Shown here: piece by piece, positions 42,267 through 57,023 of the stretch
How the letters are laid out: every line of letters starts with the position of its first letter
How positions within the stretch are numbered: position 1 is the first letter of the stretch
Source of the DNA: Antechinus flavipes
Taxonomy: Eukaryota
Assembly: GCF_016432865.1 (NCBI RefSeq)
Contig: NC_067399.1
Span: 617,396,001-617,460,000 of the forward strand
Reading direction: 5' to 3'
DNA length: 64,000 nt
Translations under genes and position numbers: made by a program
The notes under the pieces: model-generated
Seen by the model: only the letters and a program-made list of their open reading frames with translations
Databases searched by the model: none
What the model was told of the DNA's origin: nothing

Positions 42267-42765
42267 ATGGGACTCCTTAGTCAACATGGAGCTTTTGTTT
42301 CCCCACTTCCCTGTCCTTCCAATATGCTGTTTGAATTGTTGGGTGTAATATAGGGACTGGCTTAACTTAATAGAATTGTGTATATAATCTTGCATTTGTA
42401 ATCCAGTATGCTGTCTCATTTTGGAGAGATGGAATTTTTCAGGTTGTTCATTTAAACCATCTCTATTCTGATTTAGAGTCAGTTTTGCTAAATATAATTT
42501 TTTTTCTTATTCATCATATTTCAGTCCATATTCTATAGGCTCCATAGTTTATGAGATTTCTTATTGAAAAACTGTAAAAGATTTTTCTTAATTTTTCACT
42601 TTTCTTTTTTGATGCCTATAAATCACACAAAATGCCTCTGCAGCTAAGTGAGTACTAGTAAATCCTGGTTTTTTTAATTGACTGTGCTCACAAGTAATCC
42701 TTTCTCCTCCATCTCAAATTCAAGGATTATGTGTCTACATTATTTAAGTTTTTGATTTACACACA

Positions 42766-42802
<37 letters not shown>

Positions 42803-42900
42803 TTATATACAGATAGATACACATATACGTGTTCACACATGTGTAGCACAGTATAAAAATTTGAATTAAATGTCTTCAATATAAAAATAATTATTATTTT
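42267..42900 (+). other. PARG: PARG 3' UTR (end uncertain); candidate poly(A) signals ATTAAA 42865-42870, AATAAA 44146-44151 and 45041-45046; Pumilio-type TGTATATA at 42379-42386
   Basis: Follows the stop codon; AU-rich; hexamers read directly; the signal actually used cannot be determined from sequence. Confidence 0.5.
42760..42800. repeat. (CA)n microsatellite in the PARG 3' UTR
   Basis: Read directly. Confidence 0.9.
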
Positions 42901-45499
42901 TTAAAAATTTTTGCTGGTGAAGTACCATTCATATCAACTTGTCTGTCCTTTTTTCTTAAAACACATTTTACTTTATCATATTTTTGAAATCCTACAAAGA
43001 TGGAGGAAAATGTAAGGGAAAGGAAGAGGTCTGTGTGAAAACAAAATACAGATTTAAAAGCATTGCAGCTAAAAAAAAAAAAAAAAAAAAAAAAACTAGG
43101 ATCAATATATGTGATCAGTGGTGAATGAGGAAGTGTGTATAGCAAAAAATTAAGAACCGGAACTTGAAGCTAATTTATTTTTATTGAAATCATTCTGACA
43201 TTTTGTGGGATTTTAAGAGATTTTCAATGGAATTTCATTTAAAAGTTATTCTTTCTCTTATAGCTGTATTTTCTTTATAGACCAGTTTGGACTCCAGTAT
43301 GTTTAATTTGTGTTCATAAAAGATAAATGAAACTGAAGTGACAGAAAATTATTAGGCTTGGGCCTTATCAGGGACTCTGTCTTCTGTTCTCTTAACTACA
43401 GTTAGATGGACATACAACTGGAAACCCCCTGTGAACGGTTACATACTTTTCAAGAAATTAGAGAGAAGGGTTATATTAATGATTTGTTATGTCATGCACA
43501 ATTTAAGCAGAAAAATATGTGACCAGATTTCCAAGACAGTTCTAGAATAACCAGACTATCAACTTTGGTTTGTAATCAATTAGTAGGAAATATTGTCGAG
43601 GTCAAGTTCTGTTGGGAGCACTTATGGACCCCAAGTGTGAGAACTGGCAAGGACCTCAGCTGCGATTTAGTTAATAACACTCACTTTAGAGAAAAAGAGA
43701 CATAGAGGGCATATGCTTTACTGAAAATCACTTAGCAAATTAGTTGCAAAGCTCTGGTCAGACCTTGGATGTACTGATCTCAATCTGGGACTCTCCCTTC
43801 TTTGACTACTTCTTTAGAACTGCCTGGATCCTGTTCTAATAGAATTGAACTGATATTGTACAAATGCTTTCCCTTGTTAGGTACCTCAGGCAATTCTCTA
43901 AGACTATAAAATTTACAGTTAAGTTCCTAATCTGCATCACTTCAGGTGATTTTCATAATAGGAGTTTCCCATGCTGATGAAATCACAAATGTGGACCAAA
44001 AATATTGTTAGAAATAGTTGGCCATTCATTAGCCAAGGCTTGAATTTATTTTTGTTTACATACTTCACATAATAGCTCAATTAAGTTTTGAGTGATAATG
44101 TAAATTCATTTTAACCAATACTCATATAAAATTTCACATCCTTACAATAAAATAACATTAGATTCTTTACTGAGGCTACTCTGGGTCCTATTCCCTGACT
44201 GAGTAGTTCTTTGTCTACTTTCCCAAACTTCTGCCCTTTTGTGATCTTTCACCTTGAGAAGTATTTTCATGGCACCAATTAACATTAGCTGTCAGTATGA
44301 TGACATTTTGCATTTGTTTGGTACACATATGATTGGCAGTAGCTTTTATTACAACAGCCAAAGATACTATTCATTTTCATGTAACCTAGCCAAATGCTTG
44401 AAAGTTACTCTTTTTTTTCTGTTATTAATATCTTTCACCTTTCCTTCCAATCCACTTAAACCTTTGGCATAGTAATCATAGTTAAATTTTATGTTCTTAT
44501 CTCCACTTCAGTATTGAGTAGATTGTTGTTCTTCAAATCAGTTCAAAGTATACTGTAGAAATGCACAAACCCAGGTGAAGGTAACCAGAGATAATGGTCT
44601 TCCAAACCTAATGGCCCTCATTCTCACTTCTTGGTGCTGAACTAGGGAAATAAGTAGTTTCATCTCTTCTTTCCAGTCTAGTTCCTTTTTTTAAAATGTA
44701 ACAAGTATAGTACATGTAGATGGCATAACTTTGAAAAAAATGATCATTTCTGTGTGGGGAAAAAGGTGGAGAGAGAAGTCATCATTAGATGACCAATTTC
44801 CTCCTTAATGACCTATGAGCGATTCAGACCAGATTGAGACTACTGAGACCTTTGTTATTCTTCATCCAGAAATTACCTGAGCTAATAATGTTTTTTCCAC
44901 TGGAGTATTCAATAATCAGAGGAAGGAAAATTGCTATCTCTACTGTGAGATATTTATTGTCTTTTTATCTACTTGAACTAAAGCTAATGGTTTTCATTGT
45001 CATTTAATGGTGTTTATTCTTTTTTTTCTGTATAAATGAGAATAAAGAGGTGTCTTTATAACCATTCAGAATTTTTTCAATATATCATATACATATTTCT
45101 GAGAAATTTCTCAGGTGTTGGTAGAGAAGGAAAGTTAAATTTAAATCAAAACTTGACTATCAAGTAATTCATACCCTTACCTTCCTTTAAAGAGCAACAA
45201 GGCAGAAAAGCAAATGATAGTTGCATTCTTTATTAAGTGCCTGGCATTGATCATTACTCGTGAGTGAACATGTATAGGATTGGTTCTGCCATCTTCAAGT
45301 AGATAGTTCTGACCCTTCTTTGAGATGATGATGGCAGCACAGATATGTAAGATTAGGGTTTTGAAAAAGAGCTTTAACAGGAATTCTCTCTGACCCGTAC
45401 ACTTCTCATCAATATTACTTTTTAGGGGAGGGAAATTAACATGCACTTAATTCCCATCTGCTTTCCCCCTCTTTTTTTCTAGCAGTCTCTGTATCCTCA

Positions 45500-45708
45500 T
45501 ATAGGAGTGTGCTTGAGCCAGTTCTTTTTTCAGTGTGGGCATTTATACCTTGGAAATCAGCAAACATTACAAATCAGAGTCTTGTTGATTATTTAGACTT
45601 AGAAAAGACAATAGAGCAAACAATGCAGGTTAAATTTCAAAATATAACACATGTACATCTCCTCCACCCCAGGAGCTGGTTGTTAACATTTACCAGCATG
45701 TGTACTAC
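45500..45708. mobile_element. Possible hAT-Tip100 (Arthur-like) DNA transposon remnant
   Basis: Ends ggagtgtgcttgagccag and gagctggttgttaacatttaccagcat resemble recalled degenerate TIRs. Confidence 0.4.
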
Positions 45709-47943
45709 CAGCCATCTCCAGTCTTTGTGATAAAACAAGGATATCCTAAAGGCAGTTTTGCAATTTAAGGATTGGAATTTTGTCCCAATAAAAACTGATT
45801 ATACATATTCTATCTTTCACTTAAGTGGAAGGGAAAAGCTTTAGGATGAAAGGCAGGAATTTAAACTAGTAGCCAATCTTAAATAAGCATATATTAAGCA
45901 CCTACTATGTACTAGGCACTGTTATAATAAAATTAATTATTTTGTGTTGTACTTTAGTTGTCACAGGACACAATTAATAGAATTGAGAGCTAAAATTTCC
46001 CCAAAATTTTTGACATCATCTATTCTAGTACCAGAGTTTTCTTGTCTCTCTCAACGATTATGTTATCTGTCAAGCCATAAGACTTAACAGTTTACCAAAT
46101 AGTAACAATTAAATCTGTGTGTATCCATTTGACAAATGATTTGGTTTTTTCCTTACAATTTCTTCTAAATTCCTGCTTAATGCATCATAATCATTTTTAT
46201 TTAGAGAATGGGAGGTGTCTGTATGCTAATGTTTACATGATTTTTATAGGAAGACAATAAAGACATTCTGATCATACTGTTACTACTACTTTGTTTCTTG
46301 ATTAAAGTTGAAGTAGGGTGCTTTGGGTATTTGGGGGGGGAGTCAGAGAATAACTCTTGGAATATAAGTTTGTATGGGTTTATCATCTCAAATGTTGTAT
46401 AAGAATATTTGGCTTGGTCACTATGAAGAAACATTAAAAGGAAAAAGAATTACTTGTCAGATAGAGGGACTAAAAAGGGGGGAGAAGAGTCAGTTTGAAT
46501 CAAAGCTTTTCTATCTTAGGTCTGCTTCACTAACTGATTTTCCTGAATTTCATTCTACTATAGTCCTAGGAGAGGCTTTGAGGGAAAAGGGATTTAAAAG
46601 AAAAAAAAAAAAATAAAGATTCAGACAAGCTTTCCTAGAGATGTCAGTCAAGAAGCCTGAGTAGAAATGTCTTATGGACATTGACTTAACTTTACAGGTT
46701 AAGCTTGTTGAGGCCTATATCTGCATAGATTTGGTCTTAAATCTGAAAGTATTACTTGTTTTGGGCTTTTGATTTTGAGCCCTAAACAATCACCCAGCAC
46801 GAGAAATAGAGCATAGAAGGCTTCAGTCCTATAACATTACTAAATTTACAGTGAAACTAATACATATAGTTGAGATACATTTCTCTGTTTGCAACTGGAG
46901 GGGAGACATAAGTTAGAAATTTTCATTGTCCCTTTTTTGAGTCCTTAGGTTAGCGTTTATAAGAATCAGATGTCTCATGTTCTGGTATGTATTGAAACAT
47001 TTGTGTAAAATTGTTGATTTGCTTCTGTATCTGGAAAATTATTTTTGCTTGGTCTTGAATGTGTCTAAGACATGAGGGTCTTCAGGGCCCTCAGCTATGG
47101 AAATATTCCAAGGTAACTTGTAGAACTTATTTCCCAGTGTTGGAGTAATGAATCACTGGACATACTCTGTCTGATTTCTCCATCTTAAGAACCATACCTC
47201 TTCTCTCTCTCCTCCCCATTTCCTGCCCCTTTGCCAGGGAGCCAGACCTAACATGGGACCAAAAATGGTTTGTCAAACTCCTTCCACTTTTCCTGCTTGG
47301 AAGAAGATAAATCACTTCTGAACTGAGGCCCAAAATATGGCTACAACTACTGAGAAGAGTGTAACAATTTATTACCTCAAAATTCAACTTCATATCCTCC
47401 CTACACATCTATAATCAGTTGTCCAATTTTAATGTTTCCATCTCCACAACTGTCTGCCAATCCTAGTTCATGAAGCTTTCATCATATCTCCTGAACAATA
47501 ACTGTTAAAATAGCCTCTTTTTTGACCTCCAGGCTTCTTCTTTTTAATTGATCCTCCAAAATGATTTCCTCCAAGTGCAAGTTTGATCATGTCACTCAGT
47601 AAACTCCACTGGATCCTTTTATCTCCAGGACTAAATACTAACTAAAGGATTAAGTGGAATTGAGCCCCCATAATCTGATCCCAGCCAACCATTCTGGCTT
47701 TAGTCCACATTAGTTCTCCTGTCACTCCCTATATTCACTTAAATTGATTTTAATGTTCTTCATACAAGATACCCTATCTTCCATCCCCAGATTTATAGAG
47801 CACTCCCTTGAAGCATTGAGTAATTGTGTCCTTAATCCCAGGGTTTGCCACATTCAACTATTTAATCTTCATTTTCTTTCTGCTTGCTAAGTCCTTCCTT
47901 GCCACTTACAAATATTGCTTATTTCCTTTAAATTGCCATCTTT

Positions 47944-48097
47944 GGGGCAACTAGATGTCATTCTGAATAGAGCATTGGCCCTGGCTTCAGGAGAACCTGA
48001 GTTCAAATCTGGCCTCAGACACTTTAACACTTGATAGCTGTGTGATCCTGGGCAAGTCACTTATTCCCAACTTCCTTGCCAGACAACAAACAAAAAA
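47944..48097 (+). mobile_element. WSINE1-like tRNA-derived SINE
   Basis: ggggcaactag head, gagttcaaat B-box, ctgggcaagtcactt core, A-rich tail. Confidence 0.7.
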
Positions 48098-48289
48098 CCC
48101 TCTGCCATCTCTCTTCCTTTATTTCCTTTACAGCCAAAATCCTAGAAAAAGCTGGGCTCTCCACCTCATTCATCTCTCAACCCCCTGTAATCAGACTTCT
48201 GATTGAACCATTCAATTAAAATTGTTCTCTTCCCATGTTGCCAGCAATATCTTGATTATTGTATCCAATGGTCTTTTCTGAGTCCTCAT

Positions 48290-48930
48290 TTATTTTAATC
48301 TTTTTATTTTTCAAAAGATATGCATGGACAATTCAGTGTTAGCCCTTGCAAAATCTTGTGTTCCAATTTTCCTCCCCTTCCCCCACACCCTCCCCTAGAT
48401 GGCAAGTAGTCCAATACATGTTAAACATGGTAGAAATATATGTTAAATCTAATGTATGTATACATACATATCTATACAATTTTCGTGCTGCACAAGAAAA
48501 ATCCAATCAAACCAGTTTAAAAAAAAAAAAAAGCAAAATAAAATGCAAGCAAACGACAACAGAAAGAGTGAAAATGCTATGTTGTGATCCACACTCAGTT
48601 CCCACTGTCCTCTCTCAGGTAGATGGCTCTTTAACACTGAACAATTGGAACTGGTATCAGTCATCTCATTGTTGAAGAGAGCCATGTCCATCAAAATTGA
48701 TCATCGTATAGTCTTGTTGCCGTGTACAATGATCTCATGGCTCTGCTCTCTTCACTCAGTAACAGTTCATGTAAATCTCTCCAGGCCTCTCTGAAATCAT
48801 CCTACTGGTCATTTCTTACAGAACAATAATATTCAATAACATTCATATACCAGAACTTATTCATTCTCCACCTGATGGGCTTCCACTCAGTTTCCAGTTT
48901 CTTGCCGCTACTAAAAGGGCTGCCACAGTT
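48290..48930 (-). mobile_element. 5'-truncated L1 nested in an L2
   Basis: Same 3' UTR type as 21766-22132. Confidence 0.75.
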
Positions 48931-49424
48931 GAGTGTTGACCACTACTTTCTCCTGACTAATTTCTCTCAGATTTTTGTGACTGTTCTCTCTTGTGAGAAT
49001 TCCCTATGGATGTGACTGTGAGTCTCTTGCTTGGTCACTTCTTTACATCATTTCCAAAAAGTTCAATCCAAATGGACTCTTTGAGCTGATATTCCCTTCA
49101 GTTCTGGCTCAACAACTGCATGCCAGACATCAGCTGGTTGTCCCATAGGCCTCAAACTCAGCATGCCTGAAATAAAAGTCTTCTCCCACTAAATTTACCC
49201 CTTCTCCAGTCTTTCATCTCCATCCATAACGTTATCACTCTTCGAAATCATCCAGGTTCATAACTAGGAGTCATTCTCGACTCTTCCTTTCTCCCTCACA
49301 TTGCATATCCAATCAATCATCAAGCTTTCATAGGATCACAAGTGTAGAATTAGAAGGCCCCTTATGAGCCATTTACTCTGACTCCCACATTTTACAGATG
49401 AGGAAACTGAAGTCCAGAAAGTTT

Positions 49425-49700
49425 TTGTTTGTCCTTCATTCTGGAAGAGCATCGGTACATCAGGGAGGGGATGCCATGACATGCTAGTGAATTGGATTTT
49501 AATTGGGGGAGGGCTGTGCGAGATCACTTACCTTACTTTCCCCTCCAGAGCCGTCTGGGTCCAGTAGCCCTATTAGAAATGGCCCTAGCTGCAGTGGGAG
49601 ACCTTGGCCTTTTTAAACTAAGGTTTTTAACAGGTCTCAGTCTCACTGAGCCAATGTCCATTCAATGCTTAACCCTAAGTAAGAAATGAGACAAAGAATA
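49425..49700. mobile_element. Marsupial SINE (WALLSI/RTESINE-type; exact family uncertain)
   Basis: tttgtccttcattctggaagag...gtgaattggatt...ccagagccgtctgggtccag recalled as a common marsupial repeat; short related piece at about 40860. Confidence 0.5.
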
Positions 49701-52389
49701 ACCACATTTAGGGGGTGGGATTTGAATCAAAGTAATCTGTCTACCATGTTGCTTCCCATTGGCTAATTTTTCATTTTACATCATTTTTTGTATCCCTTCT
49801 CTATCTTTAATCAGACCCTTATCACTTCTTATTTTTACTATTTCAATAGCTCCCTATTTAGTCTTTATTTAGTCTCTCTCTCTCTACTTCTACCCATTTT
49901 TCATGCTTGTAGCAAGAGGATTTTCTAAGGCATCTCTTGTTACTTCCATTCTCAAGAAATTCTGTATCTGTCTTTTGCCTCATGGAAAAAGAAAAAAAAA
50001 AATTTCTGTTTAGTGTCTTAAAGCCTTTTATAATGTGGCTCTAACCAGTATCTACAGAATGATTTCACATGCATTATACCTTTAGCCAAATTGTCCACTT
50101 AATTTTGTTCCCTGTACACAATATTCCATATCCCACTAATGTGCTTTCACTCAGACTGTGTCCCATGTCTAGAATGGTTTCCTTTTCCTCTCCACATCTT
50201 TTGGAATCCTTCACTTTCCTAAATATTCATCTCAAGTGTCACCTTTTACAAGAAGCTTTTCATGATTCCCCCACTTCTTACTACCTTCTTCTAAGCACTT
50301 TGCATTTATTTTGTGTACATCATACATACATACATTCATACATGTGTATATATTTATATGCAAGTGGTTATCCTCCAGCAAAATGTAAACTCCATGAAGG
50401 CAGATGCTTTGATTTTTGGTTTTCATATGCTTCATAGACCTAGCACAATGACTGGCAAGTAGCAGGTTTATTTATTATTATTATTTATTTGTTAATCAAT
50501 AAACCTTTATTGAATTGAACTCCTGACTTTTACTCTTTGCACATGCCCAGGTTCTCTGATTCCCTTTTGTTATCATTTGAGCAAGTCCTAGTATTATGAA
50601 TTTGTAATGCAAAAGAAAACCACTTTTTCTCCCTCTCCAAGGTTTGATTGATAGAATAATTGTGCAGAATTTATCTTAGTGAACTTTAGTGGCTTTAGCT
50701 TCCTGCTTTGCATATTCAGTGTTTGAGTAACACCTAAGAAGCTCTCTTCCTCTCCAGCTCAGCCCACATCAAAGGAGTCTTTAACAGCTGCTACCCAGGG
50801 ACAGCTCCAGAGGCAGCTGGATGAGATCAGTGGAAGGCAGGCTGGTGGCCTCCTTGCATCGGAGTGACCTTTGTTGAAGAATGAAATGTTATGGCTCAGA
50901 GACTACAGTAGTCAATATAATAAGAGCTCACCCTTTCATTCATTTTTCATTAAGAGTGCTGCCTGGGACCAGTTCTTCCACCAAAAACTAAAATTGGCAG
51001 ATGACACAGCTGCTATCTTAAGTGGGGAGTGAACTGCAGTGAAAGAGAAGTCTCTGGGGAAGGCAGAAAGCATAACAATCTTAGGTAAGGGCCCTTGGGA
51101 AAAACAGGTGATTTTGAGATTCTTCTAGGAGTCTTGGGGACATAAGCTTTCAGTTGGCAGCTGTGTGAAGGGAGACAGTGGAAAATCAGCCAGTAAGAAT
51201 TTATAGAATATCTGCTGTGTTCCAGCCACTTTCTACACAGATGAGATGGAGCCTCTTAGCCCAACTTAGAGACATAAAGACTTGGTTTCAAGCCCACGAT
51301 CTGTAGCAAACAGACTGTGTGAACTCATTAAGTCTCAGGGTCCCCAGGCAACTCCTACCACAAATTGCTGGGCCATTGTCAGTCTGAATTGCAAAAGCAT
51401 CCTCGTTCTTCAGTTCTCTATAGCAATGAAATCATAAGTCCTGTCCAAGAGCAAAGCAACTGTGTGCTTAGCATTAGTATTAAGGTGCTGTCAAAAACAT
51501 GCAAATACAAGACAAGGCTCCTGCCCTTAGGAAACTTGATAGAAAGCTTGCCCTGACACATGAAACTGTGATGAATGATAGGATGTAGATGATATTCTGT
51601 AAGCAATTCAGATGGGAGAGAGGTCAGCAAATACCACAGTGGTCAGGAAGAAAACAGTATGGAGAAGAAGGAATTTAAGAGGAGTCTTGAAAATGGAGAG
51701 GATGGATCAGTGATTGGCACAGTGGATAGAGCACCAGCTCTTGAGTCAGGAAAACCCGAGTTCAAATGCAGCTGCAGACACTCAATAACTGTGATTTTGG
51801 CCAAGTCAACTTTAGTTGTGGCCCCCCACCCAAAAAAATGGAGGGGAATGGTTGGATAGGTTGAGGGAAAGGCCTTTGTGAAGAGTAGGAATATGAAAAT
51901 AACACCAACTTGACCAAAACTGTGAATGCACAAAAGTCAGAGAACCTGAGTTCCAATTCCAGCTCTAACAAACACCTATTAGCTGACCTACAGGGGCAGA
52001 AATTCAGCCTGAGTGAAGTGAAGTGAAGTGCAAATACCTCCAGGTGAAACAAGCTCTGGAGGCAGTTCAGCCTTAGGAAATTTCATCTCACAGACTCACA
52101 GACTGTGGGAATCCCACCACTGACTAGGACAAGACTGAAGGACCTTTCACTGCTGAAGGATGCCAAGTTCAGCTTGTTGACCAGAAATATCTGTTCTGTG
52201 CTGGGCTGCCACTGCTAGGAAGAAGGAAATAGCATACACCTGGTGAGTGCAGTAGCTGAGGTACAGGGACCCTATTCCAGAACAAAGAGGACACAAAAAT
52301 GATGTAGTTTGTGAGAATATAGGGAGCAAAATTATTTGTGGGACAGTGTATCTGGGAATCCCTGTCATGGCTTAAGGGTGGAGAGGAGT

Positions 52390-52570
52390 GGAACAGCTAG
52401 GTGGTACAGTGATTAGAGCACCAGACCTGAAATCAGGAGGACTTGAGTTCAAATTTGACCTCACACACAACACGTCTTAGCTGTGTGACCCTGAGCAAGT
52501 CACTTAACCCCAATTGCCTCAGCAAAAATAATAATAATAATAATAATAATAATCTAAATTAAAAAAAAAA
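52390..52570 (+). mobile_element. WSINE1-like SINE with (AAT)n tail
   Basis: cagctaggtggtacagtg...gagttcaaat...aaccccaattgcctcagc. Confidence 0.75.
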
Positions 52571-52759
52571 GAATGGAGAGTTTGGGTACTTTAAAAGAAA
52601 GGTTTGAACTGAGCTGAGTATGATGAGGTGATTCTAAAAAAAAAAGTATGTAGGGAGACATAAAAAGGAGTAACTAACTCAAAAAAATAGGCATAAAAGA
52701 AAAATTAATTTAAAAACCTATTAGAGGAGAGGTGGATAGTGCTGGAAACTACAAGTAAT

Positions 52760-53000
52760 TACAGCTTAGAATGTGAAGGGGATAAATTTACCCATAAAAA
52801 GAAAATGCATAGCAGATTAAAAAATTGAATTTAACAATATGTTGCTTTCAGGAAACACAATAAAAATGAGAGATAAACTCAAAGATAAAACATAGGGTTA
52901 ATATAGTTTTTTTAAAAAAAGCAGAAATAGTGATAATCTCAGAGGTAAAGCTAAAATAGATTGAATCAAATGAGAAAAATATAGAAACTATACTATGAAA
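52760..53000 (+). mobile_element. Degraded L1 ORF2 endonuclease fragment
   Basis: NVKGINLPIKRK..IA..I.....CC.QETH-like reading with frameshifts. Confidence 0.6.
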
Positions 53001-56000
53001 GTAATATTCAATATTGTTTTAGACCATTTAAAATATAAAATGTAAATGTAAAACACTTGAGAGTATTTTCATCAAAACAGGCATGATCTAGTTCAACTTA
53101 TCCATTTTACTGATGAGGAAACTGAGTCCCAGAAAGAAAAACTTAACTTTATCAAGAGAGTACAAAAAAATAGACCCAAGGCTCAGACCAAAGTCTTCTG
53201 ACTCCAAATAGAGTCATCTTGCCATTATTCCACACTACCTTCTAATTTGGGATATCATTTAAAAAAAAAAAACTATATCATATTGTTGCAAATCAAATAA
53301 TTTTAAGCACATCAGGGATGTAATTATTTAAAGTTAACCTTTTGGTAAAATCTTTTGTAAATTAATCCTTTGTCTATATATGTTTTTGTATAATGAGTTT
53401 TCTATATATCTTCTATATCAGATTCATAATCACTTAAAAGAGTTCATCTCAATTAGCTGTACTGGGGGAAAAAAAAGATAAAGCTAAGAATAGCTAGCAT
53501 TTATATCATACTTCAAGGTTAACAAAATACATTGTGTGTGCATATACATGCATGTATAATGTTTGTAGTGTATATATGTATGCACATGTAAACATATTTA
53601 TATGTGCACATAGTGAATATATGTTTATTGTATGTACACATGTGTAAGGATGCACATGTGTATGACTCTATTAAAATATATACATACAGATGTGAATATT
53701 TATTTATGATTTTAACCTAACAACAATTCTGGGAGGTAGGTGCTATTATTATTCCCAGTTCTACCAATCTAACTACTTCATCACTTTTCATCACTAAGTG
53801 ATGAAAGGATGAAAAAAGACCTTTTGCCCAAATTATTGTATGTAGTTGAATGGACAACTCATGGAGTAGTTCAATCAGTATTCTATCTTGGATAGACATA
53901 TGTCTTAGATAGACATTGTGCTTGGAAACACCTAAAATTGAACAAGATGAAGATAGCTGATTGTTGGGATTTTATTTAAATCATACAGTGATTTCAGTGA
54001 TACCACTGGTCTCCCCCTCCATTGCCAAACGTTCTTCCCAAACTCCTATTAAAAAAAAAAAAGTACTTTTGGTGATACTCTATTTCTTTGAGTCATAGAA
54101 TATCAGCATCTGAAGACAGATCTACAGGATCTGAGAGAGACTCGATGAATGTGATTAGGTTGTACAATCTTACCAACCATTCACTTGCCCAAATTAAATG
54201 GTGCAAAGGATATCAGCAGAGAGATCTATGACCAGAAAGGAAGATGGGATGAGAATGAAGAATAAATTATTTACAGCCCTCATACTTCCTTGTTGTCCAA
54301 CAAGTTAGATGAAACTGAGGTCTTCCTTTCCCCAACTTGGTTCTCAACTATCTCTTGATGTATCCTCATACAGGTATTCAAAATATGCCCTTATAGTTGT
54401 TCTATTAGGGGAAATTTATGGGACAAAGGGAATCAAAGATGCCTGGGACAGAGGATATAGATGGAGTGTTGTTGGAAGGACCACTCATTTTGATGAGATC
54501 CTAGATCCACGGGAGTTTTCTGAAGTTAAAGCAAATGGATAGTATAAACCTATGTTGGAGGGAGTTTCTAAATGAAAAGTATATAGGTAGTCCACATTTT
54601 GAAACCCTACTCATTGGATATCGCATAATAAGTACTGTATTTTACTGCTTCCCCCTTCTCATTCAATGGCTACTCTAATGTTCTAGTAGCTGTGGGCAAC
54701 ATGAGATCTGTGTACCAAGACCAAGTCCAACTTGAAGGATGAGAAGGCTCCTGTGGGAAAAAGTAAAATCAGCAAATAGATAGTATATATAGGATATATA
54801 AATAAGAAAGTATATATATATATAAAAGATACAAAATAACTTTAAGAAGGGACTAGTGCTAATATGTGGCAGAGGCACTCAGAGGAAATTATACACATAA
54901 TTGGGATCTCATTTTAAGATGTGGTTTCCTGGAATACATTGCTTCTAAAAATGGGAACCACTTATGTCAGCAAGTTGAGTATTATGTGATAGCCATCAAT
55001 CCCTTGGATTCCATATACATAAGCCTACTATAAAAAAAATCAATAATAGCCATAAAGGACAAGGAGATGTCTGCACTCATCCTTCTTTAAAGCACTGGGG
55101 ATTTTTCCAACTTTTTGTTTATATGATTCTTTGGCATTAGTCCCTGCCTGCCACATGAAAGATGGGGGTGAGTTCAATATTCATTTGGGATTGTGTCAGC
55201 CATAGTGATGAGTAAATCAAACCCTGCTCTGGGATCAGAGTCAGGAGCTATTGGCTGCTGCAAATTCAAGCAATCTTGACAATCATTAATTAAAAAGCTT
55301 TAATAGAACAATGAGCCTTCTGGTTGCTTTTTTATCCCCCTCCATGATTGATTTTTAAAGTAGTTAGTAATCAAAGGAAGGAAAATACTTTAGAGAATTG
55401 CATATTCTCTGGCTTAAAGAAAAAACAAAAACCCAACACCCAGAAGTATCCAAATAATGTTTCAAAAAATTAAATATTAAGCAGAGGGAAAGAACAGTCA
55501 CTTCCAATTTCCTAATGTATTTGGTCAGGGAATAATTAATTTGAAGTCTCTTGGGGGCCTTTAAACAAAATGTAAAATGAAATGATACTTTACTGGCATC
55601 TTTCACCTCCAGGAAGGATGCTGTCATCTAAGGCAAACCACACAATTTCTGCTGAAGCCTTAGTCTCTCCCTCTGGGCTGGCAGCAAACTCAGAGGCTAG
55701 TCTTTCAGCCTGCTCCTCTTTATTCCTAGGGGCATAGTTCATGCTTCTACATAGCCCAAGAATCTTCATTATCTAATGTGTTAAAATGGTGACCCTGTAA
55801 ATAGAGGGAGTTCCACCTTATCCCTTGGGCATTATGTCTCTGAGTCTAGATAGAATTCTGACTTATGTAGGTTTTATTGCTTCTAGGAGAAAATATATAC
55901 TTTCCAGTCTGGAATTTAGAATCCTCTTTTATTTGATTCCTTCCACTACTTCCAGTATTATTTATTTATTGTATCATATATTTATTATTTTTCTATTGCA

Positions 56001-56133
56001 ATCAAGCTAACCTTCTACTGATTCCTATCATATAACACATAAAATTCCACCTCCTACCACCACACCTTTGTACAAGTAGTTGCCAATGTCTGAAATGCAT
56101 TCCCTTCTCACTTCTGCCTGAGAGTCATCTCTT

Positions 56134-56908
56134 TTTTTAAAAAATATTTTATTTTATTTTATTTAATAATAACTTTATATTGACAGAATCCATGCCAGGG
56201 TAATTTTTTTTTTACAACATTATCCCTTGCACTTGTTTCTGTTCTGATTTTTCCCTCCCTCCCTCCACCCCCTGCCCTAGATGGCAAGCAGTCCTATATA
56301 TGTTAGATATGTTGCAGTATATCCTAGATACAATATATGTTTGCAGAACCGAACAGTTCTCTTGTTGCACAGGGAGAATTGGATTCAGAAGGTAAAAATA
56401 ACCTGGGAAGAAAAACAAAAATGCAAATAGTTCACTTTTGTTTCTCAGTGTTCTTTCTTTGGGTGTAGCTGCTTCTGTCCATCATTTATCAATTGAAACT
56501 CAGTTAGGTCTCTTTGTCAAAGAATTCCACTTCCATCAGAATACATCCTCATACAATATCATTGTCGAAGTGTGTAATGATCTCCTGGTTCTGCTCATTT
56601 CACTTAGCATCAGTTCATGTAAGTCTCTCCAAGCCTCTCTCTGTATTCATCCTGCTGGTCATTTCTTACAGAACAATAATATTCCATAACATTCATATAC
56701 CACAATTTACCCAGCCATTCTCCAATTGATGGGCATCCATTCAGTTTCCAGTTTCTAGCCACAACAAACAGGGCTGCCACAAACATTTTGGCACATACAG
56801 GTCCCTTTCCCTTCTTTAGTATTTCTTTGGGATATAAGCCCAATAGAAACACTGCTGGATCAAAGGGTATGCACAGTTTGATAACTTTTTGGGCATACTT
56901 CCAGATTG
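56134..56908 (-). mobile_element. Young 5'-truncated L1
   Basis: ORF 56610-56852 is the ORF2 C-terminus; 16-bp TSD ctgagagtcatYtctt at 56118-56133 and 56909-56924. Confidence 0.92.
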
Positions 56909-57023
56909 CTGAGAGTCATTTCTTACACGAAATCTAATGTTGATTTCCTCACAAGAATGCCCCTGCCATATGTTAGCACTAGTTCCCTCTTTAAATTATT
57001 TTGTATCTTTAATATATATTTTT

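Larger units (their letters stand above)
47860..50480 (+). mobile_element. Fragmented L2 interrupted by a SINE, an L1 and a second SINE
   Basis: Collinear L2-like blocks ending in the typical 3' end (aaactccatgaaggcag...ctagcacaatgactggca). Confidence 0.55.
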
